This document shows, piece by piece, positions 56,746-64,000 of a stretch of DNA of 64,000 nt. The stretch lies in NCBI RefSeq assembly GCF_009914755.1, contig NC_060932.1; one strand, 5' to 3'. The notes under the pieces are model-generated. The model was not told the DNA's origin, ran no database searches, and saw nothing but the letters and a program-made list of their open reading frames with translations. Each line of letters starts with the position of its first letter. Within the stretch, counting starts at the first letter, position 1. The DNA comes from the human T2T-CHM13v2.0 reference genome, Homo sapiens. A program made the position numbers and the translations under genes.

Positions 56746-57083
56746 TCCATTTCATTTTTAAAAACTGTCAGATTTGGATTCAATTCAGATTTCTCAACTA
56801 CTATCCAGCTTAAAACTGAGCTGCTTCTTGGCACCCTGGTAACAAATATTTTTCTCACAAGTAACACATTATAAGAAATTTGATGGTCTCCTCCTAATTG
56901 TCCAAGGCTTAAAAATACTTAAGTAAACCAGGTCCAGTCTTCTTGAAATCTCTACCACTGAAATAAAACTCTTGACATTCTAATGTGAATTTACTTTTCT
57001 GTGAAAGATGATCATAATACATTATTATAAATACTCATGAAATCAAAAATATATCTTCTGTCATCAAAAATAGAGACTATTCA

Positions 57084-57695
<612 letters not shown>

Positions 57696-58046
57696 TTATA
57701 TGAAAATTTAACATGGGCATTTTATTTAATGACTGTTTCTAGAGTGGTTACTTCTTGTATTGTGAAAGAGCTCCCAATACTAGAAGATGAAAGATTCAGT
57801 AGCTTAGGTCCAAAAATTAGGGGTATCAGAAAAACAATTCAGTTTAAAAAGCATATATATAGACTATATATAGACCATATATATAGTCAATCAAATAAAA
57901 TATCCTAGAAAGGAAAATGATATCTCATTATCACCAAGTATATCATTTATATTAGTTAATGCCCTTTCATCAATAATCTGACTGGCTGATCCAAAAAACT
58001 TCAACCTAATTATCTTTCAAAGGTATACAAAAAGATGTGATACTCA

Positions 58047-58298
<252 letters not shown>

Positions 58299-58609
58299 TC
58301 AAATCAGAACTAGGTCAGCAACTCTGAAAAACTGGATTCACCAAAATAACAATCCCCTCTTCTACAACCAAGAATAACTCCAAAGGTAAATTCCTTCCAA
58401 AAAAAAAAAGAGAGAAACAAATTGCAAAACTACTTCAAAACAAATCTGCAGAAAGAATACATAATTTATATATATTGAAGACTAAGTTAGTATTATTATG
58501 TCTACAGTTAATATCAATCACCTTGTTAAAATATTCGAAGTGTTAAAAATCAGGACTGTTAACAGTTTCGTTCAACGTCCTGGGGAAAACAAGCCTTGCA
58601 TGCTTTATT

Positions 58610-58628
58610 TGGACCACTAGATGGCAAC
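58610..58628 (+). promoter_or_regulatory. CTCF motif in KAT6A intron 12
   Basis: TGGACCACTAGATGGCAAC matches the core CCASYAGRKGGCR. Confidence 0.6.
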
Positions 58629-59573
58629 TGCTGTATCTGAACTGAGAAGTACAAAAGAATGCCTTCATTTTCACATAATCCTATTAAAATTGTAGTTCTG
58701 TCAGTGAATTAGATGACAATCTTTCACTTCAACCAAAACTCCTCACAATTACCTATCATTCTAACTCTAGGCAAGCAGGACTGCCAATATAAGTGTGGAA
58801 CTGTGGACTCTGTCCTCTATAGTGCACAACTCTCAAGAACTGAAAAACAAAGGCCTAACTTCTAAGGAAAAGCAACGAAAATGGAGATGGCAGAGAAAGG
58901 TATTTTTACTGTCATTAAAGAAAACATAAAAGCAGTCTAAGAATGTTAATTTGGAAACGTATTACATTAAGAAAAGTAAATACAAACAATACTGTTATTG
59001 CACGGACTGTTTGTATACCATACACACACACCCCCAATCACCAAAAGTAAAATATTTTCCCTAACTTTGCAATTTAATGGCATATATAACATGTCTAATC
59101 ATGAGTCCTATTTCAAAACAATATATTAACATTAAAGGAAGTAATCTGAGTTCCATCCCCTACTGCTCATCTAAAAAGACCAGAAAATGTGTAAAACAAC
59201 CAGTAGCACAAGCTTCCAATAAAATATGGACAGAAGGACAGTCTAAAGCTAAGAGAAGGCTTAATTAACATCTCAAGACTAGAATCAAAATCCTTTGTTT
59301 GAACCATTAGTTCTGCATATATTCATCTAAATATCATTGTATAGCAATATCTGAGGTAAAATATTCCCTCAAATTACACAGATCCCACAATGATCTCTTT
59401 AGAACTGTGAGCTATCACTTTTGAACTCAGATTAAACAATTTTCTCTATCATTCACTTCTTCAGATATTTAAAGATGTGTTGCAGATGTTTAACCACTAG
59501 GTAGAGCCTAACTAAAAAAAATGCACACATTTTCTCAGATAACTGGATAACAAAAATACGGCAGGTATAGTAC

Positions 59574-60701
<1,128 letters not shown>

Positions 60702-60781
60702 AGTGGCTTTAGGTTTTAAAGAATCATATAGCTATATGACAAAAGATACTAGCAGCCAACAAAGCACCTACAAATCTTTAA

Positions 60782-60835
<54 letters not shown>

Positions 60836-60844
60836 ACACACACA
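60782..60844. repeat. (TA)n(CA)n microsatellite, i.e. (UG)n on the pre-mRNA ~50 nt downstream of the exon 12 donor
   Basis: Read directly from the sequence. Confidence 0.93.
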
Positions 60845-60892
60845 GAGAAGGTCCACTGGAAAAGACCAATGAGAAATTAATATAATCCTTAC

Positions 60893-60986
60893 TGAAATCG
60901 ATGAGAAACCTGCCATAGCCCTTACGCTGGTATTGAGGAAGAATCATTATACAGGAAACATTGTACTTCTGTTGGCAGTGCTTTTC
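60893..60986 (-). CDS. KAT6A: KAT6A exon 12 (MYST domain, acetyl-CoA motif QRKGYG)
   Basis: Acceptor ttctccaccag|GAAAAG and donor TCA|gtaagg. 94 nt, encoding [31 protein letters not shown]. Confidence 0.96.
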
Positions 60987-62037
60987 CTGGTGGAGAAAAC
61001 ACAAGTCAAGTTTGAAAACAGGCTGGTAAAAGTGAATAATAACGTGAATTAAGAAACAAAGACTAATGGCCAAAACCCACAGCCCTGGTCCTTTGGGAAT
61101 AGCAACGTACATCAACAAACAACTACCCAGCTGGGAGAAGATAGGATAATGTCAAGTCACTGCCATTACCCACAAAGCAACCATCCCAGGAGAGTAAAAA
61201 TATATAACAAAACAATGCCATCCAACACCATCTGCAACTCAAACACAGTACGCCAATGCCTAAGGATCAGCACCGGAATCTGAGTCCCAAACAATCCGTA
61301 AAGCTACAAATGATGAATCAGTGTGCCACTCTAGAAGTGAGAAGACTCATTAATTATGTCAGAGTTTTCTTTCTCTCCTGCTCTGGTGCTCCTCAGAGCA
61401 GTCCTATTAGTTGTATCTAACTTTACACAAAATAGTCACTTTTATAATTTTATAAATGAGTGAATATATTTTAAGTCACATCTAACTAATGAAGTAGCCT
61501 AAAGAATTCTTATAAATGCTTATAAAAAGCTAGTACTTCCCCTAACTGTTTTATACACTTGGATTTTACCACAGGCTTGCTTAAATAAAAGTATATCTTT
61601 TATGTTCTCTGACTAGAAATAAACTTTCTCCCTCTAAGGGAATGGAAGATTAAAAAAGGAGAAAATATCCTTTAACCAAAATGCCTTCTTACTCTTATTT
61701 CTATGCCTAAAGTTCAAATAAGGAAGAGAAGATTGAAGCTGAGACAGAACTCAGAGAGCTAATGACTGTTTATTTCAGAAGTTCCATGTTATTACCATGG
61801 GAAGAGAAGCCATTTAAAACCTTCCCCGTGAGTATTGCCAGCAGTCCATAATCCTAGGAGAATATAGGTTGTTGAATGTTACTAAGCACCTTCTAGCACC
61901 TGGTAAGTTTCCAAATGTTCCTTCTATTCTTTCCAAACAGCTAGATGACACCTAGGAGGTGCTGCATCTTGTTGTGTCCCCGAGTGAGAACCAGCAAAGA
62001 TTCTTTCAGATTTCTATATGAGTTCAAACAAACTTTA

Positions 62038-62214
<177 letters not shown>

Positions 62215-63203
62215 CTAGAGAAATAAACAGAACAAAACAGTCAGTAGAGGGTCTCTTTAGTTCTAGAATAATATGTATCAGTTAAAAGCATCTCTAGATA
62301 TCCACAGTCCAGACTAGGAGAAGGTGTCCATGACCAGAACACTTTGGAACCTGGAAGCCATCCTTTGAAATGGCAGTATTATGCTATCTGCTGTTTTAAG
62401 ACAACCAAATATATAAAACCTCATACCTTCAACATAGCAGGAACAGCCAGATAAGGAAGTGATAATCTGGTTTTAAAAGAGCAATTTTTGCTTTAATAAA
62501 AAGATGAATTGTAGCAATCCTTTAGATAGCAAGTTTCGTTTTCAAAGTACTTAACACAACAAAAGATCTAAATACAACCCTTCTAAAATACATTTATTAG
62601 GTAAAAGAAGATGTAACTATGTAGTCTAATCTATGCCAGCTGCCTGAAGCAATGCAATCTGACTACCATGATCGGGCTTGAACCCAGATAAAACTACTTA
62701 AGGGGGTACTAACTATTGCCACGCAGAAGCACCAAGCGGGTTCCTCAAGCAATCATGTGGTAAATGAGGCTCCAGGTTGGCCAGGCCCAGGAGCACTCTG
62801 CTGCTCTTTTGCTCCTGGCAGCCTTGTCTGTGTTCATGGAGTTGCCAGAGCTTTCTATCAAAACGCCAATGGATGCCCACATTAGCTCCCAAGACACTGT
62901 CTGCGATACTAACAGAACTCCTCAACAACCCAGGTAGTTTAATATTCTCTTCAAACAGTATATACCACACCTACCCCAGCTTCTCCCAAGGTAAAGAACT
63001 CCTCTACTGATCACTTAAAAGAGTCTTAGGGAGGACCAAGAAAAGTGAGAGACTGAGGGGATCCTGACAATCTGAAATTTTACTGTTACAGTAAGTAACG
63101 GCACATAAGCAAGTACTCAATTAATACTTGGCACGAAAACCACAGAACTGAGGATCAAGAGCGCTACTAACAGCAATAGAGAATCACAGAGCAGAGGTCA
63201 CAC

Positions 63204-63231
63204 ATCATCATCATCATCATCATCATCATCA
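63204..63231. repeat. Short perfect (CAT)n
   Basis: Read directly from the sequence. Confidence 0.9.
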
Positions 63232-63303
63232 AGATTTACTATTAAACAGATCTCTGTGAGATATTCCTTTTAAATAAGTGATAGAAATCCTTTCATTTAA
63301 ATG

Positions 63304-63470
63304 CCATATTTCATAGATTCTAAGATGTACTTTTATCACATCTTAATATATGCAAAATCAACTGGCATTTTATAATCAAATGAAGTTTTAAAAATTATAA
63401 TTAGTACTTTTTCCATTTTAGTGATACATAAAATAGACAATAGAAAGTTGCACAATAGATGCAATATAGG
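63304..63470 (+). mobile_element. MER104-like Tc2 DNA-transposon fossil
   Basis: Starts CCATATTTCATAGATTCTAAGATG.AC, resembling the MER104 terminus as recalled. Confidence 0.45.
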
Positions 63471-63516
63471 TGGCCCTACTTATGAAATGGATGAGAGGAC
63501 AATTACTAAGTATCTA

Positions 63517-63705
<189 letters not shown>

Positions 63706-64000
63706 TTAGAGTACTTCAAACTTCCACAATTATCATCTTTTTGCCTCTCATTACTACCCAGGTAACAGGTTAAAAAAAAAACTGCATATGCAAAAATACT
63801 GGACGGTAAAATGACAAAATATATAATTCAAATAAATTACTGTATCTTGTCTCATATTTAAGTACTGAGATGAAAAAATTAATTTAGTTGCTATCAATTT
63901 GGATAGTTATGCTTAAAATACTATCCTAGAATTAAAGAAAATAATATTTGCTAAGTAGATTAACACACACAAAAATGTTTGATTTGTGTGAAGACCATAA

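Overview
Primate (human-like) genomic DNA that I recognise as the ANK1/KAT6A interval of chr8p11.21, with both genes on the minus strand. The right side holds the last seven coding exons of the MYST acetyltransferase KAT6A/MOZ. All splice sites are GT-AG and phase-consistent, the stop is at 46505, and a ~2.7 kb 3'UTR runs to an AATAAA at 43807-43812. The left side holds a ~2 kb CpG island with the distal (brain/muscle-type, '1B') first coding exon of ANK1 (42 codons, 9998->9873), followed by the start of its long first intron. The ~33 kb between the genes is mostly interspersed repeats: many Alus, old L1M/L2/MIR, MaLR and ERV1 solo LTRs, a near full-length dead Hsmar1 mariner, and a ~1.1 kb imperfect (CAT)n array. 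I found no convincing new gene system. The best leads are regulatory or structural: a canonical RE1/REST site just inside ANK1 intron 1, a POU octamer in an AT-rich pocket of the promoter island, the (CAT)n array ~4 kb upstream of the ANK1 exon, the Hsmar1 copy with both SETMAR-type TIR cores and a SETMAR-like D->N change, and a read-through/intronic-polyadenylation route that truncates KAT6A shortly after its HAT domain. Repeat family names and boundaries were assigned by eye and are approximate.
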